Shown piece by piece: positions 1-11,184 of a stretch of DNA of 64,000 bases (positions are counted from its first letter, which is position 1; the number at the start of each line of letters is the position of its first letter). The DNA comes from Octopus bimaculoides. Taxonomy: Eukaryota. Under the pieces are notes generated by a model that saw nothing but the letters and a program-made list of their open reading frames with translations, had not been told where the DNA came from and did not search any database. The translations under genes and the position numbers were made by a program. Location of the stretch: positions 86,650,779 to 86,714,778 of the forward strand of contig NC_068985.1 in the NCBI RefSeq assembly GCF_001194135.2, given 5' to 3'.

Positions 1-244
1 ACAATATACAAAGCCAGAACAAATGCTGCAAGGTAACCACCCAGCCAAAAATTCTTAGAGGTCTTCTAGTTTTCCGTCTTGGGTCGATGTTTTTTTTAGC
101 TTCCTCTCCACCCCACACACATGAAAATGAAAAGGAAAGTTTACCACAAAATAATTTGAACCCAGAATGTCAACCATTCTTTCCAACACACTAAATGTTC
201 TGCCAGTTGACATAATCGGTTTTCTTCTGAAATTCCCATATTTG

Positions 245-672
245 TCTTCTATCTCTTACTTGTTCGAATCATTAAACTGTGGCCATGCTGGGGCACCACC
301 TTGATGAATTTTAGTCAAACTAATCAACTCCAGTGCTTACTTTTTTTTTAAAGCCTCATACTTATTGTATCAGTCTCTTTCGCTGAACTGCTAAGTTACA
401 GGGATGTAAACACACCAACACTGATTGTCAAGAGGTGGTGGGGACAAACACAGATGCACACACATGCAGACACACACACACACACAAATGTATGCACATA
501 TATATAGATGTTAGGTTTCCTTCAATTTCTATTTACCAAATCCACTCCGAAGGCTTTGGTCAACCTGAGGCTACAGTAGAAGACATTTACTCAAGGTGCC
601 TCACAGTGGGACTGAACCTGAAATAATGTTATTGGGAAGCAAACTTCTTACCACACAGCTATGCCTGCACCT
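245..672 (-). mobile_element. tRNA-headed SINE, family A, near full length
   Basis: Reverse strand reads GTGGTAAGAAGTTTGCTTCCC...TTCAGGTTCAGTCCCACTG head, internal (TG)n, and GGTGCCCCAGCATGGCCACAG tail; the same layout recurs many times in the window. Confidence 0.85.
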
Positions 673-1419
673 ATTTGTTTGTTTTTCTTTACAGCCAAAT
701 GTTTAAGAGGTTTGCTTTCGAATCCTGAGGTCCTCATCTTTATTTCACACAATGGCATCTTGAGCAAATGTTCTCTGTTAAAATCTAGGGAGAAAGTGGA
801 TAGATGGAAACTGTGTGGAATACCCATTGAATGGATTTTTCAGGTGATTTAAAGGCTCAGCTTTGTCAAAAGGTGTCACAGTTTCTGCCTTTCTGTCTTT
901 GGAATACTCAACCACTTACATGCTGATTCCATCCATTTTTATGACTTTACTAGACTTACTACATAGTGTTACCTGGTAAAGTGTTCATTAAAGACACTCC
1001 ATTCTCAGACATAGGGGTTATGCTGGTCGATGAATTAAATCTACCAACCAACCAACCAACCAACCAAGAGTGTCATGACAGGATTTGAACTCAGAATGCA
1101 AGGAAGTGGAACAAATACCACAAAGTATCTGGGCCTACGTTCTTACAGTTCTGCTAATCAATTGTTTTGGTTTGGTCCTTTTTAATCAGCCCCAAAGAAG
1201 ATGAAAGCTGAATTTCATCCTGGAGGGATTTGAACTCTGATTCAGAGGTTTGGAACTAACACCACAAGGCATTCTATAGAATATGTAATGACTCTAGCAA
1301 TTGCCCCTCTTAATGGAATCTTGACACAATAAATTGCAGGTGTAAAGGGAACATTACACGAGAACAACTGCAAGAGTGAGATTTCAAAGTAATTTTTGGT
1401 GAAATGCAGTGTTTGGGTG

Positions 1420-1720
1420 CATGGGGGGGGGGTTTATAATTGGGTGCATGGGGAGGAAGGATATCACTAGGATAGTAATGGATAAGAGAGAGAGAGGAGA
1501 AAGAGGGAGAGAAAGAGAAATAAAGGGAAAGAGAGAAAGAGAGCGAGAAAGGGAGAGAGAGAGAGAAAGAATGAAAAAGGAAAAAGAAAGAGAGGTGAAA
1601 TAGAAAGAGAAAAAAGGATAAAACGAGAGAGAGAGAGAGAGAAGGAGAGTGAGAAAGAAAAACGAGAGCTAGAGAAAGAGGGAAAGAGAAAGAGAGAGAG
1701 AGAGAGAGAACTTTTGATTT
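1420..1720. repeat. (GA)n purine-rich low-complexity tract
   Basis: Visible AG repeats; source of ORFs 1310..1738 and 1409..1603. Confidence 0.9.
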
Positions 1721-1814
1721 TTTTTTTCTTTTAGCCAAGTGAGTCTGAATGTAAACTAGAAAACAGAATTGCTGTCAAAGGATTCTTCCTGGAATAAAAA
1801 TGGCTTTGGAAATG

Positions 1815-2367
1815 GATGGGGATGGTGGTGGTGGTGGTGGTGGTGGTTGTGATGATGATGCTGATGATGAAAATGATGGTTGTGATGAGGGTAGCAGTGC
1901 TGTTGGTGGTAGTAATGGTGATGATGATGATAGAGATTATATCACTGTTGGTGGAGATGGTGAAGTTGATGACAGTGGTGTTGGTGGTGGTGGTGGTGGT
2001 AGTGGTGGTGGTTATGGAGTTGATGATGGAGATGTTGGAGAGGATGGCTTTTCCTAGAGATGTTGGTGGCAAAGGAGGTGATGATAGAAATGATGGTGAT
2101 GGTGGGGATGGTGGTAACAGTGGTGATGGTCATGTGTTGGAAGCAGTAACGCAACTGAAACCATTAATGGTTGTATTAGCAATGGTTAATGGTAACGTAA
2201 AAGAAAGAAATATTATTGTTGAAGAATGGTGAAGGAGTTTAGTTATTTCTTCCTTCTCCTCCTCCTCCTTCTTCGTGTTAATTCTTCATCTTGTTGCTGT
2301 TGTTCTTTCTTTGTTGTTTTCATCCTCCTCCCCCTTCTCCTCCTCCTCCTCCACCAACCAGTACTTC

Positions 2368-2403
<36 letters not shown>

Positions 2404-2540
2404 CACCATCAAAACTGATTCCACCAACGTCGCTGCCGCCGCTGCCACCACCGTCATGTCTGCTGCGACCACCGCCTCCTCCGCCTCCAACTTCGCCACC
2501 TCCAATGCCTCTGCCGCCATTTCTGATTCATTCCTTTTTA
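1815..2540. repeat. Compound trinucleotide microsatellites (GGT/GAT, then CCT/CTA/CCA)
   Basis: Visible repeats; homopolymeric translations in all frames. Confidence 0.9.
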
Positions 2541-2934
2541 TTTCATGTTGTATTTGTTAAGGGAGAACTAACGAATACATGCATGTGCAAAAAAAAATAA
2601 TCGTCAGTGAAAGGGTAGGGGTAGTGGCAGAGGGAATACATCTGAACTGAAAGGCACCACCTCCAACTCCCTCCACCACCACCACCAACAATTTTGCTAA
2701 ATATCTTGCAGAGATTTATCAAACTGCCACAGAATTTGGAACTATTTATAACTAAATGCCTTTCTCTCAGATAATGGAACCTTCACTGAAATCTTAAAAA
2801 TCACAATCAATGCTCTGGCCTTTTCTTCTACCTTTTCACAAAATATCATCAACATTCCATTGCTGGATACACACCTGGATTCCACCACCTTTGCAAAATT
2901 TACAAAAACATTCTCCATGTTCTTGTTACCTCCA

Positions 2935-3010
2935 CCTCCTCCTCCTCCTCCTCCTCCTCATTATCATCGTCATCATCATCATCATCATCATCATCGCCAC
3001 CACCACCACC

Positions 3011-3041
<31 letters not shown>

Positions 3042-3150
3042 CCACCACCACCACCATCATCATCATCGTCATCATCATCACCACTACCACCATCATCATC
3101 ATCATTGTCACCATCATCATCATCATTGTCATTGTCATCATCATCATCGT
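2935..3150. repeat. (CCT)n(CAT/CAC)n microsatellite
   Basis: Visible repeats; gives poly-His, poly-Ile and poly-Asp pseudo-ORFs. Confidence 0.95.
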
Positions 3151-3156
3151 TATCTT

Positions 3157-3315
3157 GCATGGCTGTGTGGTAAGAAGCTTGCTTACCAACCACATTATTC
3201 TGGGTTCAGACCCACTGTGTGATACCTCAGGCAAGTGTCCTCTACTTTAGCCTTGGGCCGACCAAAGCCTTAGGAGTGGATTTGGTAGACCTAAACTGAA
3301 AGAAGCTCGTCGTAT
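3157..3315 (+). mobile_element. SINE family A, 5' half
   Basis: GGCTGTGTGGTAAGAAGCTTGCTTACCAACCAC...GGTTCAGACCCACTG...AACTGAAAGAAGCTCGTCG. Confidence 0.85.
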
Positions 3316-3321
3316 ATACTC

Positions 3322-3535
3322 TTTTACTCTTTTACATATTTCAGCCATTTGACTGCGGCCATGCAGGAGCGCTGGCTTTAATTGAAGTAATCAACCCCAG
3401 GACTTATTCTTTGCAAGCTTAGTACTTATTCTATTGATCTCTTTTGCTGAACCGCTAAGTTTCAGGGACATAAACACACCAACATCAGTTGCAATGAAGG
3501 TACAAATACAGACACAAAGCAAAGACGCACACGCA
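3322..3535 (-). mobile_element. SINE family A, 3' half, inverted relative to the preceding head
   Basis: TTTCAGCCATTTGACTGCGGCCATGC...GCTGAACCGCTAAG motif, as in the reverse-strand tail at 245-480. Confidence 0.75.
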
Positions 3536-3544
3536 TAAATATAA

Positions 3545-4480
3545 GAAGAATCTGATAAGAAGATTCAGCAAGCTCAAGAAATGGTAATAGTGAATCAGCG
3601 TGTTATCATCGATGAGGTAACTTATTCTTTGCAGATTACTCATGATTTTGCCTATCAAATCCTGATGAGCTCGGCTTCCATAAAGGCTGTGCAAGTTGGA
3701 TGCCAAGAGAGAGCTTACTGCAGAACACAAGCGCAAACGTCTTGAGGTTTGCCAAGGTTTACTTGATTGCTACAACAATGAGGGCGAGGAATGTTTGAGC
3801 AGAATAGTCAGAGGGGATGAAACGTGGGTCCATCATTATGAGGCAGAATCCAAAAGACAGAGTATGGAGTGGAAACATCCTGGCTTGCTAGCGATGAAGA
3901 AATTCAAGACTCGGTCTTCTGCAGGAAAGGTGATGCTAACCCTTTTTTGGGACTCAAAAGGGCCTATACTGGAAGACTACCCGGAAAAGGGGTGTATGAT
4001 CAACAGTGCAAGATACAGTGCTCTGCTGGTCAACAAACTGAAGCCAACAATTTGTACCAAAGGCCAAAGACTATCACTGAAGAAAGTTTTGTGGTTGCAT
4101 GACAATGCATGCCCACGCATGGCCACCCACACCATTGAAACCATTAACCAATTAGGGCTTGAGGTGCTGGAACACCCTGCCTACAGCCCAGATCTCTCTC
4201 CTTTCAACTATCACATCTTTCGACTGCTCAAAGATAGTTTATGAGGTTATTGATTTCCTATGGATGAAGATGTAAAGGAAGAGGTGCATAAAGGGTTGCA
4301 CGACCAACTGAAATCCTTCTTCTAGGAGGGAATATGCAAACTGGTGGACCACTGAACCACGTGCATTGGAAAAGAAGGAGACTATATAGAAAAATGGTGT
4401 ACTTGTATATCCCCAGTTTTCATGTAAATATACAGAAAAAATAAGAATGCGGTATGCATGTAATTTTTAAGTCTCCCTCA
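3545..4480 (+). mobile_element. Mariner (DD34D) transposon remnant, 5'-truncated, transposase pseudogene
   Basis: Translation shows WMPR, GDETWVHHY, SAGKVM, FWDSKG, HDNA and HPAYSPDLSPFNY. Spacing from the second Asp to the third catalytic position is 34, with the third mutated to Asn. Stops follow 4244; right end CCCTCA is followed by TA at 4481-4482. Confidence 0.92.
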
Positions 4481-6319
4481 TATGTGTTGCTTGGTTCAGC
4501 AATCAAACTTCAAAATGAATGATCAAGAGTTCAGTTCCCCAAAACATTAATCTAAACACATTTTAAAGTTAGTAGACAAGAGTAAAGTAAACAATATTGC
4601 TTGTTTGACTTGCTCTTTTTTTATAATTCTAAGTTAAGATCAAACATACATTGGTAATACTGAAATAATTTTAATAATAAATGAAATGTGCTTTGTTTTT
4701 ATTAACAAAATATCTTTACAAGAAGGAAAGAAAAAAACATATTAAAAGTATAAAAGATCGAATTACTGAGAGAATAAAAAGACCCATAACTACCTCACCA
4801 AAGAAATAAAGGAAATATGGGGGTTAAGCAGGAAGGGGTAATAGGTTGAACACCCCAAAACAAATGATGTGTTTAGTTGTGCATCACAGACAGGATTGTA
4901 AAGGTGTCATCATAGAGAATGGCTAGCAACATACATTGCAGCAGTGTTCCCACCCTGTGGGACTCATTTCTTAATCAGGCTCTATTTATCCTGATTTTGT
5001 GGAGGAAATCACCAGCATGGGGTTGGAGGACACCTGAAGTCCTGAATGTGACTGGCATGATCTGATATTGGCCATGTCAATATTTCTTTCCTCTACATTA
5101 CAGGCAGCAATCCCCAGGTTTGCAGCCAATGCAGGAATTATATCCCATTACAGTTTCAGATATTTCATTTCTAAATAGTTTTACTTTACTTTGTATGGAT
5201 TCTCTTATCACTACTTTAACAAGTATGGCAAAATTTACACTTGGCTGATGATGTCATTACAAGGTTGAAACATGTGCAGATATGTCTCCCTTCTATATAA
5301 TATTAGTCAATAGCTCATATTATATTTCCCCATTTTCTTCAAATCATACTTATTTCTCTCTAGCTTTAATTAGTTTTAAATACCTTAATACTGTTAGTTT
5401 TCATATAAAAGATGTTTTTTTGGTGTTAAATTATATATTTTAACATCAACCAGAATATAATTTTTTACATTTATCTCAATGATTTTGCTACAGTTTCTTT
5501 AACATGGAAAAGTAAAGTCTATATTCTTGCTGATGAGGTCATAATAAAACTGAAAGATATCTAGAATTAAACCTATCTGCCAAAATAATCTTATCTATTA
5601 ATTGATATTGTTGCTTATGCTTTATCACATAGTTACTTCTAGTTTGGTTTTCCATGATCCCTACATTATACACATATTATTACTGCCATAAATATTATTT
5701 TGTCATGCAGATAGCAGCTCTGAATTATTTTTTTAAATGATTTTTTTTCCTTTAAACAACAATATGCTATAAGACAGTAACCTAGAAAGTAATAGAGCTT
5801 TGAATTCAACCCAGGAGATACTAAATAATTATTTCTATATAATAATAACAGAAACAACAACAACAGCAACAACAACAACTACATCTGCAACAACAACCCA
5901 GCTCTAGTTATTTACAATATATGTTAACATTATCCCCATTAATATTTTCAAGAAAAATCCATTCTTACCATTTTTTTCTGCCGCCAATATTGGAAGTAAA
6001 TTAATAATTCATATTTTCTTAATTCATAAATTTTTTTCCCCCCGGTTACTTTTTCTTTTCTTTTCTTTTATTTAATTTCAATTTTTTTTTTTTTTTCATT
6101 TTCAAGTCTATGAAATTTGACAATCTGTCAACGGAATTAAAGTCAGAACAAGGAAAACTCTTCTTTGATGCATTGAACTTTTAATTCTTGGATCTTAAAA
6201 TTTATCGTAAAAAGCCTGGTGTTAATGAACAGAAGTAAAACAAATGGCAATGAAAGAGAAACATTCTCTCTCCACCCCTCCGACAATATTTTAATGGATT
6301 ACACTCTTCTATAAAATTT

Positions 6320-6375
6320 ATTTATTATTATTATCATTATTAGTATTACCATCATCATCATCATTATTATTATTA

Positions 6376-6430
<55 letters not shown>
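6320..6430. repeat. (TTA)n microsatellite
   Basis: Visible repeat. Confidence 0.95.
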
Positions 6431-7077
6431 CTTCATACTTTACTTTGTCAAGAGGCAGCTAAAAGGTTGAATTTTAGCTTAAAATATTACCGAAATTTAT
6501 TATTGATCTTGTCAATTTGAGACTAAATGAATGAATGAATAATTAAATAAATAAAATAAGAAATAAGGAAGGAAGAAAGAAAAGAAAAAAGGAAAGAAAA
6601 AAGAAAGAAAGAAAAAAAAAAGGAAGAAAGAAGGAATGCATTGCTAGATTGTATTTTTGATATCAATATTGAAATGTAAATTTTTAGTTCCATCTGAAAC
6701 CAACACATGTTCTTCAGGCCAATGAATAAGACCTTTATGTCGGTGCTTGACCTGCTACAGTTAGTGATCAAATTTTTCATGTCTCATCAGAACATCTGAC
6801 AAAGTCGGTAGTAGGGCTGGGAGTGTGTGTGTGGGGGTGAAGAACATACAGCATTGTATGGTTCTAAGTAGACTGTGCCTGAATAAAAGATGGGGTGGTC
6901 ATTGTTTATTAGCATAACAATAGAGTCAACAGTGAATTGAACCCTCCACTCTAGATTCACTCGTCATATCAGCAATATTGTATCCAACTCCTCTAAATCT
7001 AACTCTAACTTCCGTGCCCATTCCTTCTTCTGCAGAATTCATCCCTCTGGAATTCCCCTCAGCTTCAATACATTAAC

Positions 7078-8095
7078 CCTTTTGTATTTAGATTGTTTTG
7101 CCAGTATGTTACATTCACATACTATACGAGTAATGCTTTCCTCTTTTGACTTATATAATCTACATTGGGAATCTACTTGGTTTTCGTCTATCTCAGCTTT
7201 TATCCAATTAGTCCTTAATGCTTGATCTTGTGCAGCTACTAACAAACTTTCTGTCTCCCTCTTCCACTTTCCTTTCTGCAGCCATAACCATGTCTCACCA
7301 CTACTAGTTGGTGAAACCACCTTTGAGAATCTACCATGCCAGTCAGATAATGCCTTCTCCTGCCAGTCAGATAATTTTTGTTCTTTGGTCTGATGTTTAA
7401 GTTCGTTTGGTGTTTTGGTTTTCCTATGTCTTACCGTGACTCTAGCAGCTTTAAATAAACATTCTTCACTATTACCTACACAGGAGTCTATATCTACTCT
7501 AGCTAACTCTACGCAGTCTTCTACTGATATTATACCTCTTTCATCTTCCTTTCTAGGTATGTATAATCTTGCTACTCCTACCCTTGGGTGGAGTCCTCCA
7601 TTCATATTGAATTCCTTCCTAGTTCTTCTGTCTAGTTTTTATAGTTCAGTGTTTGTCCAATCTACAAAAGCTGCTGAGTATCTAAGTAATGATACTGCCC
7701 AAGTATTTACAGCCTTCACTAGATTCGGACCATTTAGCTTTCTCTTTATCAGTTTCCTCTCCCTTCTGATGTATTCCTTAGTTTCCGTTTTCATTTCTGT
7801 ATTTAGTATCCTGTCAGGTTCTAATACTACTAAATACTTATAACTATCTCCTCTTTTCAATGATTTTAATGCCTTTCCATCTGGTAATTGGATGCTTTGC
7901 TGTTGACTACTTGCCCCCTTCTCATGACTAATATTGTACACTTCCTTGTCTTTAATGACTATGTCTGGCCAATTGGCATGGATCATTCTGTTGGTGTTAA
8001 CTGGAGGATAGTGATATTTTTACCTTCATACCAGTATGAAGGAGTGCAGATTTTGCAGTTTTTGCATATTTTCAAATGTAAATACTGTCCTACCA

Positions 8096-8096
<1 letters not shown>
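7078..8096 (-). mobile_element. R4/Dong-like RLE non-LTR retrotransposon remnant (RT C-terminus, zinc knuckle, endonuclease start), rearranged
   Basis: YKYLVVLE, LVKAVNTWAVSLLRY, RLYIPRK, AAQDQALRTN, CRLY..EESITRIVCEC, and separately VGQYLH..WYE..IHANWPDIVIKDK. Confidence 0.88.
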
Positions 8097-8141
<45 letters not shown>

Positions 8142-8316
8142 TATATTATTAATGTTTGGCAGGAGTAACTGAGCGAAACAAGGGCTGAGAGTTTTGTGTG
8201 TTAGCACTTATCAGACTATGTACCATCTTGTACTTATGTATGTGTGTTTGTGTGTGTGTGTGCATGTGTGTATGTGTGTGCGTGTGCTCATGTGTATGTA
8301 TGTATGAGTGTGCATG

Positions 8317-8352
<36 letters not shown>

Positions 8353-8924
8353 GCCGTATTCTGCACACTTAACATCTGCTGTATTTCACTCACGAGGTTT
8401 TCGTTAATGCAAGGCTGCAGCAAACGAAAAGGTTGCAAAGAGCCACACACTGAGATCAAACCGAGGACTATGTGGCTGCAAAGCCAACTTTTTAATCTCA
8501 CCACTTTGCTAATTGAGTTGAGAAAGCAACAGAGCATTAAAAATATTGGGTGACGTATAAATTCCTGTATTGGATCTGTAATGTGAGTGATTGATCTATT
8601 ATGAGTGAATAATTAGCTAGAGATAGTGATGAAAGATTAATTAAATGAACTGCAGGTAGGATCTAATTATTGAGATAAAGGGAAATGTAGTTAAATTAGT
8701 GCTGAGAAGAGCGTTTTTTCTTTCATAAAAGAAGTGGTAAGGGTTCAGACTGCAGAGGAACTTTCTGTTTTACAAGACTGTTCTCATTGAAGGAAACGTG
8801 TCTTAAAATAATGATAATCCCATGTTCCATTATCCAACCAGATATCCAATTCTAGCATTCCACCTTCTAATATCAATTCATAAGTTGAACATCTGTGACT
8901 AGAATTCAAACATCAATAAGGACA

Positions 8925-9262
8925 TTTGCTTCTCAACCACATGGTTCCAGGTTCAGTTCCACTGCACGGTACATTGGCCAGATACCTTCTTCTATAACCT
9001 TAGGCAGACCAAAGTCTTATGAGTGTATTTGGTAGATGAAAATTGAAAGAAGCCCATTGTATATGTGTGAGTGTGTGTCTTTGTGTGTCTGTGATTGTCA
9101 TTCACCACCGTTTGATAACCAGTGTTGGTTTGTTTACATCCCCATAAGTTAGTGGCTCAGTAGAAGCATCATACTTAAAAGGAATAAGTACTGGGATCAA
9201 TTCATTCAACTAAAAATTCTTCAAGGTGTGCCCCAGCATGACCACAGTCTAATGACTGAAAC
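8925..9262 (+). mobile_element. SINE family A
   Basis: AACCACATGGTTCCAGGTTCAGTTCCACTG head through GTGCCCCAGCATGACCACAGTCTAATGACTGAAAC tail. Confidence 0.85.
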
Positions 9263-10404
9263 TAGCACAAGATACAGTTTGCAATTCATTTGCACCCCAT
9301 TGTAATATCAAAAGGGCTTGTGGAGAAATTTTACGAATCATGCTTTATTGTTAAAAGACAGAACAGATATTTTGGGCTGTGAAAATAAGATCGCAATCAG
9401 ACGAGATAGGGACATGGATTTCTAATGAGGATAACATGGATAATATTGCAAGTAATACAAGTGGTATGAATAACATGAATACTATTAAAGTCAACTATGA
9501 TCATATGAATACACATGTGAATAATGACAATAATTATATATGAATAGTCCTAACTATACTACTCATATTAGTGATGATAACAATAACAGTAATTCTCATA
9601 GTTCTAATCATAAGACTAACAGTATTGCTAATTATACTGATTTTGACGCAGCTATTAATGCACTTCTCAGAATAAGGTATACAACTGTAGATTACTTGTT
9701 ACTTGTCCTTTGATGGGCCATTACTTATGCTATAACACTGTATATAAATGTACTGTCGCAACCATAAATAGCCACAATCTATGTTGAAGCTTCTTCTTGA
9801 ATATCACGAGGAATCAACCTACATCCTTGGCTGACTATATCCAGCACCTCAAAATCGAGAGTATTTGGTATGACATTTTCTAATCCATTACTAATAATGG
9901 AATGTCATACATTGGAAACCGACTACCTTGTGGTTTATGCTGCTATGAGTCCCCCTGTATATTATGTGAGAATGAAAACCATCTCCTTAATTACTTCTCT
10001 GATGTGATTACCTCTTGTTGGCACAGATATTACAAAGCTTTCTCTGATTACCATTGTTTTGATATAAAAGCAATTCCCTATTTCACATCACAGCTAAACT
10101 TAGCAGAGTGTCATTTCTCCTGGGGAGATGAACTGTCTGTCTTGCCATGAAGAGAAGGCTTAGTCGTTGCGATGTGGTCAGAGTTATTCCTGTGTAGCAT
10201 TGCAATCCTGTTGCAATAATTTATGGTGAGTTATTCACTGTTAACTGAGGTGATTGCGTGAGGTCAATTAGGTGAGTTTGTACATTGTAAACAGAAAGGT
10301 TTCTGACATTTACCAGAAAACATTTCTTTCCCTGTGTTCAATGAATCAATGGACTGAACAAAAGTACAGGATTACTAAAAAGCACTGTGAATGTGTGTGT
10401 GTGT

Positions 10405-10790
10405 GTCATCATCATCATCATTATTGTTTAACGTCCGTTTTCCATGCTGGCATGGGTTGGATGGTTTGACTGAGGACTGGCGAACCAGATGGCTGCACCA
10501 GGCTCCAATCTGATCTGGCAATGTTTCTACAGCTGGATGCCCTTCCTAACACCAACCTCTCCAAGAATGTAGTGCGTGCTTTTTACATTCCACTGGCACA
10601 GGAGCCAGTCAGGTGGACCTGGCATTGATCGCGTTTGGATAGTAATTTTTATGTGTCTCTGGTGGGTGGGGCCAGTCAGGGGGTACTGGCATTGGCCATG
10701 TTTGGATAGTGCTTTTTACGTGCCACTGGCACGGGCACCAGTCAGGCTGTCCTGGCATCAATCACGTTCAGATAGTGCTTTTTACACATG
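10405..10790 (-). mobile_element. SINE-like family B with (ATG)n 3' tail and internal tandem units
   Basis: CATCATCAT..TTTAACGTCCGTTTTCCATGCTGGCATGGGTTGGATGG; repeated GTGCTTTTTAC(G)TGCCACTGGCAC units. Confidence 0.85.
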
Positions 10791-10798
10791 TGTGTATG

Positions 10799-10846
<48 letters not shown>

Positions 10847-10914
10847 TATATATATATCTTTATCTCTCTGTCTACCTATCTGTCTATCTGTCTGTCTGTC
10901 TACCTGCCTAAAAA

Positions 10915-11128
10915 GCTTCTGTGCTGGTGCCTCATAAAAAGTGCCCAGTACAGTCCATAAAATGGTTGGCATTAGGAAGGGCATCCAGCCATGGAAACCA
11001 TGCCAAAAGAGCCAGTTGGAGCCTGGTGCAGCTCTCTGGCTTTCCAGCTCCTTGTCAAACCGTCCAACTCATGTCAGCATGGAAAACGGATGTTAAAAGG
11101 ATGATGATTAATGATGGTGATGATGATA
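10915..11128 (+). mobile_element. SINE-like family B
   Basis: GGCATTAGGAAGGGCATCCAGC...CCGTCCAACTCATGTCAGCATGGAAAACGGATGTTAAA followed by (GAT)n. Confidence 0.85.
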
Positions 11129-11147
11129 TATGAGTACACACATTATG

Positions 11148-11184
<37 letters not shown>

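Noticed and set aside
695-843. Plus-strand exon-like ORF with a strong acceptor (KCLRGLL...PIEWIFQ)
   Set aside because: The minus strand reads TVTPFDKAEPLNH..., which resembles a decayed LINE segment upstream of RT; the splice signals are probably incidental
1735-1738. 4-nt micro-exon-like signal TTTTAG|CCAA|GTGAGT
   Set aside because: The pyrimidine tract is the edge of a low-complexity run; no frame or partner exon supports it
1310-3250. Long ORFs (poly-G/D/T/H/P/I)
   Set aside because: Translations of microsatellites, open in several frames on both strands, with no domain content; the same applies at 13.2-13.8, 24, 31.3-31.7, 36.7-37.3, 38.3-38.9, 55.5 and 59.4-59.9 kb
10570-10790. Regularly spaced short repeats superficially like a CRISPR array
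   Set aside because: Degenerate internal tandem units of SINE-like family B in a eukaryotic genome; spacers are related to each other and there are no cas genes
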